Both the position numbers and the translations under genes were made by a program. A stretch of DNA of 64,000 bases from Patescibacteria group bacterium (GTDB taxonomy: Bacteria > Patescibacteriota > Patescibacteriia > PEXW01): positions 89,771 to 153,770 of the forward strand of contig JBAZBR010000001.1 in assembly GCA_041671325.1 (NCBI GenBank), in the 5' to 3' direction. The notes beneath the pieces are model-generated. The model saw nothing but the letters and a program-made list of their open reading frames with translations. It ran no database searches and was not told the origin of the DNA. How positions within the stretch are numbered: the first letter of the stretch is position 1; each line of letters begins with the position of its first letter. This document shows positions 18,944 to 30,589 of the stretch, piece by piece.

Positions 18944-19669
18944 ATGAAACGATTTTGGTTTATATTAATACCAATTATAATAGCCGGAGGGCTTTTTGTT
19001 GTGCTTGGTAAAAAAAGTTTAAACAACCAAGCAAATTTGAATCAGATTAATACAAATGCAAATTTAAATTCCAACCAAGTAGTCTTAAATGAAAATAGCA
19101 ATTTAAATCAACCAGTAACTAATCAATCAAGCGCTAATCAGAATCAAAATTTAAACACCAATTCCAGTCAAAGCGTTTTACTTCCGCCAATCTCCAACGC
19201 CTTATCCCGAATTACCAAAAAGCCATTTGGAATTTACATCACCCCGAAAACTTCGCCAGTTCAACCTGAAAGGTTTACGGGTTATCACACGGGTGTGGAT
19301 TTTGAAACCTTAGCCAGTGAAGCGAATATTGATGTGCCAATTTCTGCAGTGGTTAATGGCAAGGTTTTGGTCAAGCAATATGTTTCGGGTTATGGCGGGG
19401 TTTTGATTCAAAGTGCCACTATAAATAATCAAGCGGTAACAATTTTATATGGGCATTTAAAATTAGCCAGTATCAATTTAAAAGTCGGCCAACAAATTAA
19501 AGCCGGAGATAAAATTGGGGTTTTGGGTAAAGGTTATTCTTCCGAAACTGACGGCGAAAGAAAACATTTGCATTTGGGAATCCATATCGGCACTTCCATC
19601 AATTACAAAGGTTATGTCAGAATTAAAAGCCAGTTAAGTGGTTGGTTAGACGCGCAGAAATTGTTGTAG
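18944..19669 (+). CDS. M23 family metallopeptidase (LytM domain) with N-terminal anchor and Asn/Gln-rich linker
   Basis: N-terminal TM, NQ-rich low-complexity region, then M23 motifs GYHTGVDF and HLHLGIH. Confidence 0.8.
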   Translation: MKRFWFILIPIIIAGGLFVVLGKKSLNNQANLNQINTNANLNSNQVVLNENSNLNQPVTNQSSANQNQNLNTNSSQSVLLPPISNALSRITKKPFGIYITPKTSPVQPERFTGYHTGVDFETLASEANIDVPISAVVNGKVLVKQYVSGYGGVLIQSATINNQAVTILYGHLKLASINLKVGQQIKAGDKIGVLGKGYSSETDGERKHLHLGIHIGTSINYKGYVRIKSQLSGWLDAQKLL

Positions 19670-19740
19670 GTTTGACTTAAACAAAGCGAGTCATTATAAT
19701 AAATTTCGACGAATCACAAACATCCCTCCTGGAGGGGAGT

Positions 19741-21561
19741 TTGTGCCGTTTTATTTCCCTTATGTCTCAACATACTTCAATTACATTACGCATATATTGG
19801 CAGCATGTTAAACGGTACCCCTTGACCGTGGTATTTGCATTGGCCGCGATCATCTTGGCGGCCATAGCAGGAGTCATCCAACCGCTTTTCTTCAAGAAGT
19901 TTTTCGATATTCTCTCGCAGGCCGGGCCAGACCGAGGCGGTATTGCCAGACAATTGCTTCAAGTCCTCATCACAATCGGGGCTTTGGAGTTATTTGGTTG
20001 GGCAATGTATCGCTTAGCAACTTTCACATCAATCGTGGTGCAGGGCAAGGTAATGTACGACCTAAGTACTATGTGTTTTGCCGCATTGCACCGGCACGCA
20101 GTAAGTTTTTTCGCTAACAATTTCGTGGGTTCGTTGGTGAAAAAAGTTAAGTGGTTTTCCCGCGCATTCGAGAAAGTATCAGATGACATCTTCTGGCGCA
20201 TCATTCCAATGATCACCAGCCTAATCGCCATTTGTGTAGTTTTATTCCAGCGTAACACCACCCTCGGACTGGTTATTTTTGTTTGGTTGGCTATTTTCCT
20301 GAGCGCTCAAGCTTTTTTTATTCGGTACAAACTTAAATACGATCTGGCGCGTTCCACGGCTGAGACAAAGTCCACGGCTGTCCTGGCAGATACTATTACG
20401 AATTACAGCACCATAACGCTCTTCGGCGGTTTCCTGCGCGAGGTGCGGCGTTTCAGCCGCGCCATGGGCGCGCAGCGCCGGCTGTACATGCTGAGTTGGA
20501 ATATTAGCGGTATTTTTGATGCTATCCAAAGCTTCCTTATGTTGTCATTGGAAATTGGCGGATTCGTACTTATTATCCACCTGTGGAAGCAAGGCATTTT
20601 GACGCTCGGCGACTTCGTACTTTTCCAGTCATACATATTGGTTCTCTTCAACCGGTTGTGGGATTTCGGCCGCGTGGCGCGGAATATTTACGAGAGTTTG
20701 GCAGACGCCGATGAGATGACGGTGGTTTTACAGACACCGCTGGAAGTTACAGACGTGCGTTCGGCCAAACCATTAGTGGTTTCAAAGGGTATAATTCATT
20801 TTGATAAGGTTGATTTTAATTATCAGCAAACCCGACGCATACTGCACCGATTTAGTTTGGAAATTGCACCCTGCGAACATATCGCGCTGGTCGGTTCGTC
20901 TGGGGCGGGGAAGTCTACAGTGGTGCAGGTACTGCTCCGACTGCAAGATCTCTCGGGCGGGCACATAAAAATTGACGATCAAGATATTTCTAAAGTTACG
21001 CAGGAAAGCTTACGTCGAAGCATTAGCGTAGTACCGCAGGATGTTGTGCTTTTCCACCGCTCGCTCATGGAAAATATCCGGTACGGCAAGTCAGATGCTT
21101 CAGATGCAGAAGTAATTGAAGCGGCTAAAGCGGCACATTGCCATGAGTTCATCCAGACGTTCACTGATCAATATAATACTTATGTGGGTGAACGCGGAGT
21201 TAAACTTTCGGGCGGAGAGCGCCAGCGCGTGGCTATTGCCCGTGCTATGTTGGCGAACTCGCCAATCCTCGTGCTGGATGAAGCAACCTCAAGCCTAGAT
21301 TCGGAATCCGAGCATCTGGTGCAGGCGGCTCTCGCCAAGCTCATGGCTGGGAAGACTGTACTGGCAATCGCGCATCGGCTTTCTACTATTCGCGCCATGG
21401 ATCGGATAGTGGTTATGGATGCTGGTCGAATAATTGAAACTGGTACGCATGACGAATTGCTCGTTAAGCATCCAGGCGTTTATAGTAAGCTGTGGAACCT
21501 TCAAGTTACTGGTACTGGCGTGCTACCCAAGTTGGTTGAAGTTGGAGAAGAAGATTTGTAA
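19741..21561 (+). CDS. ABC exporter, fused permease/ATPase (MsbA/type I exporter-like)
   Basis: Six-TM N-terminal domain. Walker A GSSGAGKST, signature LSGGERQRV, Walker B LVLDEATSSLD. Start is uncertain (TTG 19741, GTG 19743 or ATG 19762). Confidence 0.85.
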   Translation: MCRFISLMSQHTSITLRIYWQHVKRYPLTVVFALAAIILAAIAGVIQPLFFKKFFDILSQAGPDRGGIARQLLQVLITIGALELFGWAMYRLATFTSIVVQGKVMYDLSTMCFAALHRHAVSFFANNFVGSLVKKVKWFSRAFEKVSDDIFWRIIPMITSLIAICVVLFQRNTTLGLVIFVWLAIFLSAQAFFIRYKLKYDLARSTAETKSTAVLADTITNYSTITLFGGFLREVRRFSRAMGAQRRLYMLSWNISGIFDAIQSFLMLSLEIGGFVLIIHLWKQGILTLGDFVLFQSYILVLFNRLWDFGRVARNIYESLADADEMTVVLQTPLEVTDVRSAKPLVVSKGIIHFDKVDFNYQQTRRILHRFSLEIAPCEHIALVGSSGAGKSTVVQVLLRLQDLSGGHIKIDDQDISKVTQESLRRSISVVPQDVVLFHRSLMENIRYGKSDASDAEVIEAAKAAHCHEFIQTFTDQYNTYVGERGVKLSGGERQRVAIARAMLANSPILVLDEATSSLDSESEHLVQAALAKLMAGKTVLAIAHRLSTIRAMDRIVVMDAGRIIETGTHDELLVKHPGVYSKLWNLQVTGTGVLPKLVEVGEEDL

Positions 21562-21628
21562 GGTTAGTTCAAAATGACAAACCAACCCTTCCATGCTATT
21601 TTAAGGCTGAAAGGAGGAATTTGGCCTT

Positions 21629-21925
21629 ATGGGTTTTACCCCGATAAAATATACCTTAAATCGGAATATCCAATCCTCGGGCCTGCAAAACCAAGTTGAT
21701 GGCGCACGCGTCATCGATATTTTTTCGCAGATAATCAAGGAAATTTTTGGGCCAGAATTCAATGAAAAAACCAAGGCTTTGTACTTAAAAAACCGGACCC
21801 TGACTATTTCAGTTACCTCGTCGGTAATTGGGCAGGAAATTAAATTGCGAGAGGCAAAGATAGTTGAAGCTATAAATCAAAAAATTGAGGTAAATTTGGT
21901 TGAAAGATTGAGGTTTTTAGTATAA
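21629..21925 (+). CDS. DUF721/DciA-like small protein
   Basis: 98 aa with a pattern (RVIDIFSQIIKEIFGPE ... RFLV) resembling the DUF721 family usually found near replication genes. Assignment is from memory. Confidence 0.4.
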   Translation: MGFTPIKYTLNRNIQSSGLQNQVDGARVIDIFSQIIKEIFGPEFNEKTKALYLKNRTLTISVTSSVIGQEIKLREAKIVEAINQKIEVNLVERLRFLV

Positions 21926-22234
21926 AGATTTGGAGGGAAAACCCTAGTTTTTTTGCGAAAAAATCACTAGCAAAAACGCTATAAATATGTTATATTTATA
22001 AGGCAAACAGAGCCTTATTTTTTATTATCCGCCTTCGCACTAACTTTAAATTTTTCAAGTTATAAAGAAGTATTATTTTAAGACCTACTTCAATATATAC
22101 AGACTACAAGAGCTTCGGCGGATTGCGCTATAGTTTTTTGGCGGATAAACCCTCCGAAGCTTTCCTGCCGACTGGAGCTTCAGCGAAGGTCGGAGCAAAG
22201 GAGGGTAGTAGAAATAAATTTTTTTCATTATCTT

Positions 22235-22630
22235 ATGAGCTTAAAAAGTTATTTAATTATTTTCACCATTGCCACCCTGATTTTTTGGGCAGCTTGGGCA
22301 ATTGTTTTCACGCAATTGAATCCTGACAGCAACCAAATCGTGACGGTCACCGCTTTTGCCGTAACTTTAGGTTTTGCCGCAGCCGGCACCTTTTCCTTGT
22401 TCGGTTTTGCAGTCAGGGCGCTATTCGGCAAAGATCCGGTCTTATTCCGGGTCTTGCGGACTTCAACCCGCCAAGGTGTGGTAACCGCAATTTTTTTGGA
22501 AGCACTTTTGGTTTTGCAAACCGTACGCTGGTTAGCTTGGTGGAATGTTATTCCTCTAGCCCTATTTTTCATTCTCATGGAAGGTTTTTTCTTAGCCCAA
22601 GATAGCACCGTGGAAAGGCAAACTCGATGA
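22235..22630 (+). CDS. Hypothetical membrane protein, translationally coupled to pheS
   Basis: 131 aa with 4 TM helices. Its stop overlaps the pheS start (ATGA). Confidence 0.55.
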   Translation: MSLKSYLIIFTIATLIFWAAWAIVFTQLNPDSNQIVTVTAFAVTLGFAAAGTFSLFGFAVRALFGKDPVLFRVLRTSTRQGVVTAIFLEALLVLQTVRWLAWWNVIPLALFFILMEGFFLAQDSTVERQTR

Positions 22631-23643
22631 AGCAAGAGATTGAAAAATTATTTCAGGAAACTCTAAATAAAATCCAAACCCTTAAGAGTCTGGAAGATTT
22701 ACAAAACTTATATTATGGCGTTTTAGGCAGGAAAGGGAAGTTTGCCCAATTACTTTCTGAATTACCAAATTTACCAGCGAATGAAAGAGCGGGCCTTGGC
22801 ACCATAGCCAATCAAACCCGGAGTAAGCTGCAACAAGCTTTTGATCAGGCCAAAGTAAGATTTCAGAATCAAACCAGTAGTTCAACGGATTTTGACCCGA
22901 CTTGGCCGGGTATTTTACCAAACATCGGGCATGTCCATCCGATCTCGGCTTTTTTAGAAAATGCGGTAAAGTTTTTTTCCAGCTTTGGCTATGACGTAGT
23001 TGAAGGGCCGGATGTTGAATACAGTCAGTATAATTTTGATTTATTGAATATCCCTGCGAACCATCCCAGCCGGGACCTTTGGGATACCTATTATATCCAG
23101 CCCCAAAGTTCACAGATTCTCTTGCGCACCCATACTTCGCCAGTCCAGATCCGCTATATGGAAACCCACAAACCACCGGTGCATATAATTGTGCCTGGCC
23201 GCGTGTATCGGCATGAAGCCACGGATGCTGGGCACGAAACCACCTTTACCCAGATTGAAGCATTGGTCATTGATAAGAATATCCATCTCACGGATTTGAT
23301 CGGCACCCTGGATGCCTTTTTGCAGCATGTTTTTGGCAAGGTCAAAACCCGGGTACGGCCGCATTATTATCCTTTCGTGGAACCGGGTCTGGACATCGAC
23401 ATGTCCTGCTTGCTTTGCGGCGGCAACGGCTGCCCAGTCTGCAAGCATTCCGGCTGGCTGGAAATGCTGGGTGCAGGCATGGTGCATCCCAAAGTTTTAA
23501 AAAACATGAAAGCCGACCCGGACAAATATTCCGGTTTTGCTTTTGGCATTGGCGTGGAAAGAATGGTCATGCTACTTTATGGCATCCATGATATCCGCTT
23601 GTTCCTTTCGGGCGATTTAAGATTTTTAGAACAATTTAATTAA
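22627..23643 (+). CDS. pheS: Phenylalanine--tRNA ligase alpha subunit
   Basis: Class II aaRS motifs (HPSRD, TSPVQIR, GFAFGIGVER). Contains a CxxCx5CxxC insertion. Confidence 0.9.
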   Translation: MKQEIEKLFQETLNKIQTLKSLEDLQNLYYGVLGRKGKFAQLLSELPNLPANERAGLGTIANQTRSKLQQAFDQAKVRFQNQTSSSTDFDPTWPGILPNIGHVHPISAFLENAVKFFSSFGYDVVEGPDVEYSQYNFDLLNIPANHPSRDLWDTYYIQPQSSQILLRTHTSPVQIRYMETHKPPVHIIVPGRVYRHEATDAGHETTFTQIEALVIDKNIHLTDLIGTLDAFLQHVFGKVKTRVRPHYYPFVEPGLDIDMSCLLCGGNGCPVCKHSGWLEMLGAGMVHPKVLKNMKADPDKYSGFAFGIGVERMVMLLYGIHDIRLFLSGDLRFLEQFN

Positions 23644-23662
23644 TTATTAATTAAAAAAACAT

Positions 23663-24103
23663 ATGGAAGAAAAAACTTTAGAAGAAGTTGAGCGAGATAT
23701 TCAAGATATTGAGGATAAGGAGTTGGATATCAAGCCAGAGCCGGAAGATTTAGTATTGGAAAAGGAAATGGAATTAACTGGAAAAGAAGAAGAATTTTTA
23801 GCTAAATTGAGACATGAAATAAGAACCTGGAAAGCTAGTGTTTCTGAATATGTCTATAACACTCAAGGTTATATCAGAGGGATTCAAGAGGAGGATGATT
23901 TTTCCCAAGAAGATATCGAATTATTTCATGCCTTTTTATTAGTTAAAGACAGATCGTCATATTATTTTCGAACAAACTTTGAAAAAAAATTAAATAAACA
24001 TTTAACAAAATTTGATGGCAAACCCGAATCAGCATCTTATCAATTAGCAAGAATATTGGAATCCCTGAATCCAACCGTGGCTGAATCAGCTATGGCAGCC
24101 TAA
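23663..24103 (+). CDS. Hypothetical acidic protein between pheS and pheT
   Basis: 146-aa ORF that is Glu/Asp-rich. No family recognised. Confidence 0.45.
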   Translation: MEEKTLEEVERDIQDIEDKELDIKPEPEDLVLEKEMELTGKEEEFLAKLRHEIRTWKASVSEYVYNTQGYIRGIQEEDDFSQEDIELFHAFLLVKDRSSYYFRTNFEKKLNKHLTKFDGKPESASYQLARILESLNPTVAESAMAA

Positions 24104-24111
24104 AATAAATT

Positions 24112-26436
24112 ATGCGAATACCTCTAAACTGGCTAAAAGAATTTGTCGCTCTTAGGTTAAGTCCGCAAAAACTTAGCCAGGTTTTGACTTTGTCCGGTTC
24201 AGAGGTTGAAAAAATTGAAACTGGGCCAGAAGTGACTGGGGTAATCGTGGGTGAAGTTTTGGAAGCCAACAAGCATCCCAATGCTGACCGTTTAAAGGTT
24301 TGCAAAGTCAGATTAGAACCCAAAGGAGAACCCAGGATAATTGTCTGTGGGGCGCCGAACGTGGCAGCTGGGCAAAAGGTCTGCGTAGCCATGCCTGGCA
24401 CGGTTTTGGCTAATGGCCGGGAACTGCAAAAAGCCAATATCCGCGGGGTGGAATCTGATGGCATGATATGCGCCCAGGATGAGTTGGGTATTGGTACTGA
24501 CCACAGCGGCATAATTGTTTTGGATAAATCGGCTGAAATTGGTGAACCGGCCAGCAAATGGCTAGCCAAACCCGAAACGGTTTTGGAATTGGATATCACG
24601 CCGAACCGGGGTGATTGCTTATCAATCCGGGGTTTGGCCAGGGAAGTGGCTGCCTTGACTGGCGGTAAGCTAAAATCACTTAAAGGTTTATTAAAAGAAT
24701 CATCAGAAAAAAATCAGTTAAAAGTAAAAATTCAGGACACTAAGGCTTGTCCACAATATGTAGCTAGAACTGTAAAAGGCATTAAATTAACAAACTCGCC
24801 AGATTATGTCCAAGCACGGCTGTTAGCGTGCGGCATGCGTCCGATTAATGCCGTAGTTGATGCCACGAATTACGTCATGCTGGAACTTGGCCAGCCCTTA
24901 CATGCTTTTGATGCAGATAAGGTTAAACAAATTGTGGTCAGGAAGGCGAAGGCTAATGAAAAAATCAAAACTTTAGATGGCCAAAACCGAAATTTACAGA
25001 TCAATGACATTTTAATTACTGACGGCAAAAATCCTATTGCCATTGCCGGCGTGATGGGCGGGTCTGAAACTGAAGTCAGCCAGACAACGGAAAATATCAT
25101 AATCGAATCAGCCAGGTTTGATCCCACAAGCATTCGGTTAACCGCCAATCGTTTGACCTTGCGATCAGAAGCCAGCACGCGCTTTGAAAAGGGGATTGAC
25201 CCGAATGTTGCAATTGAAGCTGTGGATCGAGTGGCGGATTTAATCGTTCAATGGACTGGCGGTAAAATTTTAAAAGGCCAGGTTATAGCCGGACAAAAAT
25301 CAATTTTCAAACCCAAGCCAATTTTGTTGGACTTGGAATATGCGGAAAAAATCTTGGGTGTTAAAGTCAGTCCCAGCTTGGCCAAACAAAAACTTACAGC
25401 TTTGCAGTGCAAGGTTTTGGTTACTGGTAAAAAATTTAAAGTCAGCCCGCCAAGCTTTAGACTCGATTTATCAACACCAATTGATTTAGTAGAAGAAATC
25501 GGGCGATTAATGGATTACAATACTTTTACGCCCAGCCTGCCTTTAACCCCGCAAAAAATCCGGCAGCAACCCAGTAACTTAGTCTTCTCCACGCTAGTAA
25601 GGCGCCGCTTGGTGATAGGCGGATTTACCGAAGTTTCAACTTATAGTTTTTACAGTAAAAAAACCGCCAGTAATTTTGATTTAGCTGACCAAACGCACGT
25701 GGCCTTGGCCAACCCCTTAAACCCAGACCAGGAATTAATGCGCCGCTCGATTATGCCCCAAATTTTGGAAATTGCCGGCCGAGCAAGCATCACTCGGGAT
25801 AATTTGAAAATTTTTGAAATCGGCAAGGTTTTTTGGCCCCAAGACCAAAACAAGAAACTGCCGGATGAACCAGTTATGTTGGGCATGGTTTGTGTGCAAA
25901 AAAATCCTGAACCTTATTTGGTGATCAAGGGCGCTCTGGAGGATTTATTTACCTATTTTGGCTTTAAGGATATTAGGATCCATGCTTCTACCTCCACTTC
26001 AGCCAGGATTGTGGTTGGCAATGAACCAATTGGCATAATCGGACAGGTAGCCAGGAAATACCTGGAATTGGTAAAAATCAAGAAGCCCGCAGCCTTTTGC
26101 GAAATTGACTTAAGCCAATTAGCCAAAGCCTTAAGGGTTATTAAACGGGCCAAATCTTTACCCTTGTATCCAGCCGTGCAAAGGGATTTGGCTTTTGCCT
26201 TGCCAAAATCTGTTGCCTATGTTGAACTGGTTAGGATTATTAGAAATATTGATCCGCTTATTTTGTCAGTCCGGGGCTTTGACCGCTTTAAAATGCCGGA
26301 TGGCCGCTTAAGCGTGGCCTTCCAAATCACTTTCCAGTCGCCAGGCAAAACCTTGACTCACGAAGAAGTCCAAAAGATTGTTGAAAAGATAGCCCAGGAA
26401 GCCAAAAAAACTTTTGGCGCAGAATTAAGAAATTAA
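24112..26436 (+). CDS. pheT: Phenylalanine--tRNA ligase beta subunit
   Basis: N-terminal tRNA-binding (Myf) domain (ADRLKVCKV, GVESDGMIC). B3/4 and B5 domains. C-terminal FDRF...L motif. Confidence 0.85.
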   Translation: MRIPLNWLKEFVALRLSPQKLSQVLTLSGSEVEKIETGPEVTGVIVGEVLEANKHPNADRLKVCKVRLEPKGEPRIIVCGAPNVAAGQKVCVAMPGTVLANGRELQKANIRGVESDGMICAQDELGIGTDHSGIIVLDKSAEIGEPASKWLAKPETVLELDITPNRGDCLSIRGLAREVAALTGGKLKSLKGLLKESSEKNQLKVKIQDTKACPQYVARTVKGIKLTNSPDYVQARLLACGMRPINAVVDATNYVMLELGQPLHAFDADKVKQIVVRKAKANEKIKTLDGQNRNLQINDILITDGKNPIAIAGVMGGSETEVSQTTENIIIESARFDPTSIRLTANRLTLRSEASTRFEKGIDPNVAIEAVDRVADLIVQWTGGKILKGQVIAGQKSIFKPKPILLDLEYAEKILGVKVSPSLAKQKLTALQCKVLVTGKKFKVSPPSFRLDLSTPIDLVEEIGRLMDYNTFTPSLPLTPQKIRQQPSNLVFSTLVRRRLVIGGFTEVSTYSFYSKKTASNFDLADQTHVALANPLNPDQELMRRSIMPQILEIAGRASITRDNLKIFEIGKVFWPQDQNKKLPDEPVMLGMVCVQKNPEPYLVIKGALEDLFTYFGFKDIRIHASTSTSARIVVGNEPIGIIGQVARKYLELVKIKKPAAFCEIDLSQLAKALRVIKRAKSLPLYPAVQRDLAFALPKSVAYVELVRIIRNIDPLILSVRGFDRFKMPDGRLSVAFQITFQSPGKTLTHEEVQKIVEKIAQEAKKTFGAELRN

Positions 26437-26483
26437 TTTAATAAACCCCAAAAATTTAAAATAATATTGATAATTAACTAACC

Positions 26484-26622
26484 CCTCACCCGGCCTTCGG
26501 CCACCCTCTCCCGCATTGGGGAGAGGGGAATGCTCAACACGCCCTCTCCTCTGGCAGGAGAGGGTCCGCGCCCGCCTGCCTTCGCAGGCGAAGTACGGTG
26601 GGCAGGAAGCGGGTGAGAGGAG
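26484..26622 (+). other. GC-rich multi-hairpin structured element (four hairpins, one with a UUCG loop, enclosed by a long-range stem) between pheT and gyrB
   Basis: CCTCACCCG...CGGGTGAGAGG closing stem. Hairpins GGCCttcgGCC, CCCTCTCCC..GGGGAGAGGGG, CCCTCTCCT..AGGAGAGGG, CGCCTGCcttcGCAGGCG. Confidence 0.45.
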
Positions 26623-26710
26623 GCGCTAAGGCAAAAATTCGAGGTAGAATTTTGTTCTTAAGTCTATGAATTACGAATTAATAGCATTTAATTACTTAAA
26701 TTAAAGTTGA

Positions 26711-28753
<2,043 letters not shown>

Positions 28754-28892
28754 AATTATTTTATCCCGAGCTAAGCTCCCGAATCTTATTGAATAAGTGT
28801 AGCTGAGACGGGCAGAAGGGTGGGGAAAGTGGTATAAATATTAAAATAATACTAAGATCATTTTTCACTCTTCTTTAAATCTAAATTTTTCA

Positions 28893-29657
28893 GTGTCTCC
28901 ATTTGATAGTTTGATTATCAATTTACAAGGTAAAGTCTGGCATCCTGTTGGTGGATCAAAATCTGTAAACGTGATAGACGGTAAAATTTTTATAATTCAG
29001 CAACTTAGATTATTGAGATCCGCCTATATTTCATTAGTGGAAGTCGCAGACGAGGTAAAGAAACGTCAAGAAAGAATGAAAGGTACTACAGAAGTACCAT
29101 TTGTTATCGCAGCTCTTGATCACGCTGCCGATCAATCTAATGTGATATTAAGTTTTAACAGTTTTGTGAGTGTGTTATATCAATTAAATCGCGTCCTGCC
29201 CATACATTTTCCTGGCTGTGGAGATATACCTAATTATCCGAGGATACGTTTTTATCGTAATAAAGCAGTTGAACATTGGGATGAGTATGTTGCTAGTGTA
29301 CCCGGTACAGGTTTCACATTTAAATTTGGAAAAGCAGCAATACCAGTAATTGAAGGCGACTTTGAATATCCCAAAAGGCAAATACTTCTTCAGGAAGTTA
29401 AAGCTAAGTTCAAAGTTATAGGTGGCAATTTCGTTTGGGTTGATGAGGCATACAATATGCTTGGCTGCGATAAGGCGTATTGCGATGCAGTATTCAAAGC
29501 ACTTGAGGGATCAGGGAAAATGAGTTTACATAAAGGTAAAAATTCCGATTTTGATTCACTTATCTCACTATTGTTGAGATTCGGATTTCCAGCGCCTTTT
29601 AATGACGTCGAAGAATATTGCGACTTGTTGGTAGCACATATTAGTAGGTTTGTTTGA
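28893..29657 (+). CDS. Hypothetical protein in AT-rich islet; contains Rx5H segment (RNKAVEH), possible HEPN-like
   Basis: 254-aa ORF (GTG start, no SD; first ATG about 29080). Codon usage is AT-rich relative to its neighbours. Motif RIRFYRNKAVEHWDEY. Confidence 0.4.
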   Translation: MSPFDSLIINLQGKVWHPVGGSKSVNVIDGKIFIIQQLRLLRSAYISLVEVADEVKKRQERMKGTTEVPFVIAALDHAADQSNVILSFNSFVSVLYQLNRVLPIHFPGCGDIPNYPRIRFYRNKAVEHWDEYVASVPGTGFTFKFGKAAIPVIEGDFEYPKRQILLQEVKAKFKVIGGNFVWVDEAYNMLGCDKAYCDAVFKALEGSGKMSLHKGKNSDFDSLISLLLRFGFPAPFNDVEEYCDLLVAHISRFV

Positions 29658-29868
29658 GTGAAATTAATATATAACACTTTCACGGTTGGCTGCTAATTTT
29701 CAGCACGATCCTATTATCATCTCTTAATGACACTCAAAAACAGGCGGTTACATATGCGTCCGGCCTGCTTTTAATCGACATTCGTGAGGGGTTTAGGATG
29801 ATAGGTAAAAAATAATTTTAAGTATATAAAAAATCTCGCTACTTGGCGGGATTTTAGTTAATAAATTT

Positions 29869-30198
29869 TTATCTTGCAAACGGTTCTAATCGTTCAACTC
29901 TTCGAACATCAGAATCATCAATGACATTTTTATCGTGGAGAATGCCAACCAAAGCATGGAGTTTGGTATCTTCTTTTCGCGTGAGCACCACCAAGTCTCC
30001 GCGGAGGTCAGATAATTTGTCATCCAAGTAATCCTTTGTGACAAAGTGCATAAGCCTCTGGTCAAGATAGTCTTTGGTAACTAAGGTAGCCATTTTAGTT
30101 TGGATATCTTGCAACTGTCTGTCAACCGATGTCGAATAAACATGAATTGCCTCCATGATTTCAGAGTTGTTTGGTTGTTGAGAGGTTTTTGAGGTCAT
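29869..30198 (-). CDS. Hypothetical small protein with duplicated VTKDYLD(Q/D)(R/K)L segments
   Basis: 109-aa ORF convergent with the 28893 gene. A bidirectional terminator lies at about 29826-29852. Confidence 0.45.
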   Translation of the reverse strand: MTSKTSQQPNNSEIMEAIHVYSTSVDRQLQDIQTKMATLVTKDYLDQRLMHFVTKDYLDDKLSDLRGDLVVLTRKEDTKLHALVGILHDKNVIDDSDVRRVERLEPFAR

Positions 30199-30261
30199 AA
30201 ATTTAAGATGGGTTAGCCATCCTCAAGTCCAGATTACCAGCATAGCGCGACTTTTACCTTA

Positions 30262-30327
30262 TGACAAATAGATTTAAATGTGGCTATTTTTCGTTTGGTT
30301 GACAACCTTAAGTATAGGTGTTAAATT
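30262..30327 (+). promoter_or_regulatory. Two tandem sigma70-like promoters upstream of secE (TGACAA-N17-TATTTT and TTGACA-N17-TAAATT)
   Basis: TGACAA at 30262 with TATTTT at 30285. TTGACA at 30299 with TAAATT at 30322. Confidence 0.45.
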
Positions 30328-30389
30328 ATCCACATCACGCCCGAGCGGGCGGTTTTTAAGAATCACAATTCTCCTAAAATTCAGTAAAA

Positions 30390-30578
30390 ATGGCTAATTG
30401 GCTGACGAAATATTTCAAAGAATCCTACGAAGAACTCAAAAAAGTGTCTTGGCCCACCCGCAAGGACACTGTTCGGGACACCCTGGTAGTTATTGGCGTT
30501 TCCTTGGCTGTGGCCGCTTTTTTAGGCCTTTTAGACTTAGGCCTAACCTTTGGCTTAGAGAAATTATTTGCTAGATAA
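30390..30578 (+). CDS. secE: Preprotein translocase subunit SecE
   Basis: 62 aa with a single C-terminal TM helix. Sits immediately upstream of nusG, the conserved secE-nusG-rplK-rplA order. Confidence 0.75.
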   Translation: MANWLTKYFKESYEELKKVSWPTRKDTVRDTLVVIGVSLAVAAFLGLLDLGLTFGLEKLFAR

Positions 30579-30589
30579 CCCGTTAATAT

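Noticed and set aside
22095-22235. T-box riboswitch upstream of pheS
   Set aside because: No GGGUGGNACC core is present, and no antiterminator with a UGGN bulge could be drawn.
22123-22326. 67-aa ORF over the structured leader upstream of the pheS operon
   Set aside because: It overlaps inverted repeats and the downstream real gene, and has no RBS. It is likely a spurious frame in a structured leader.
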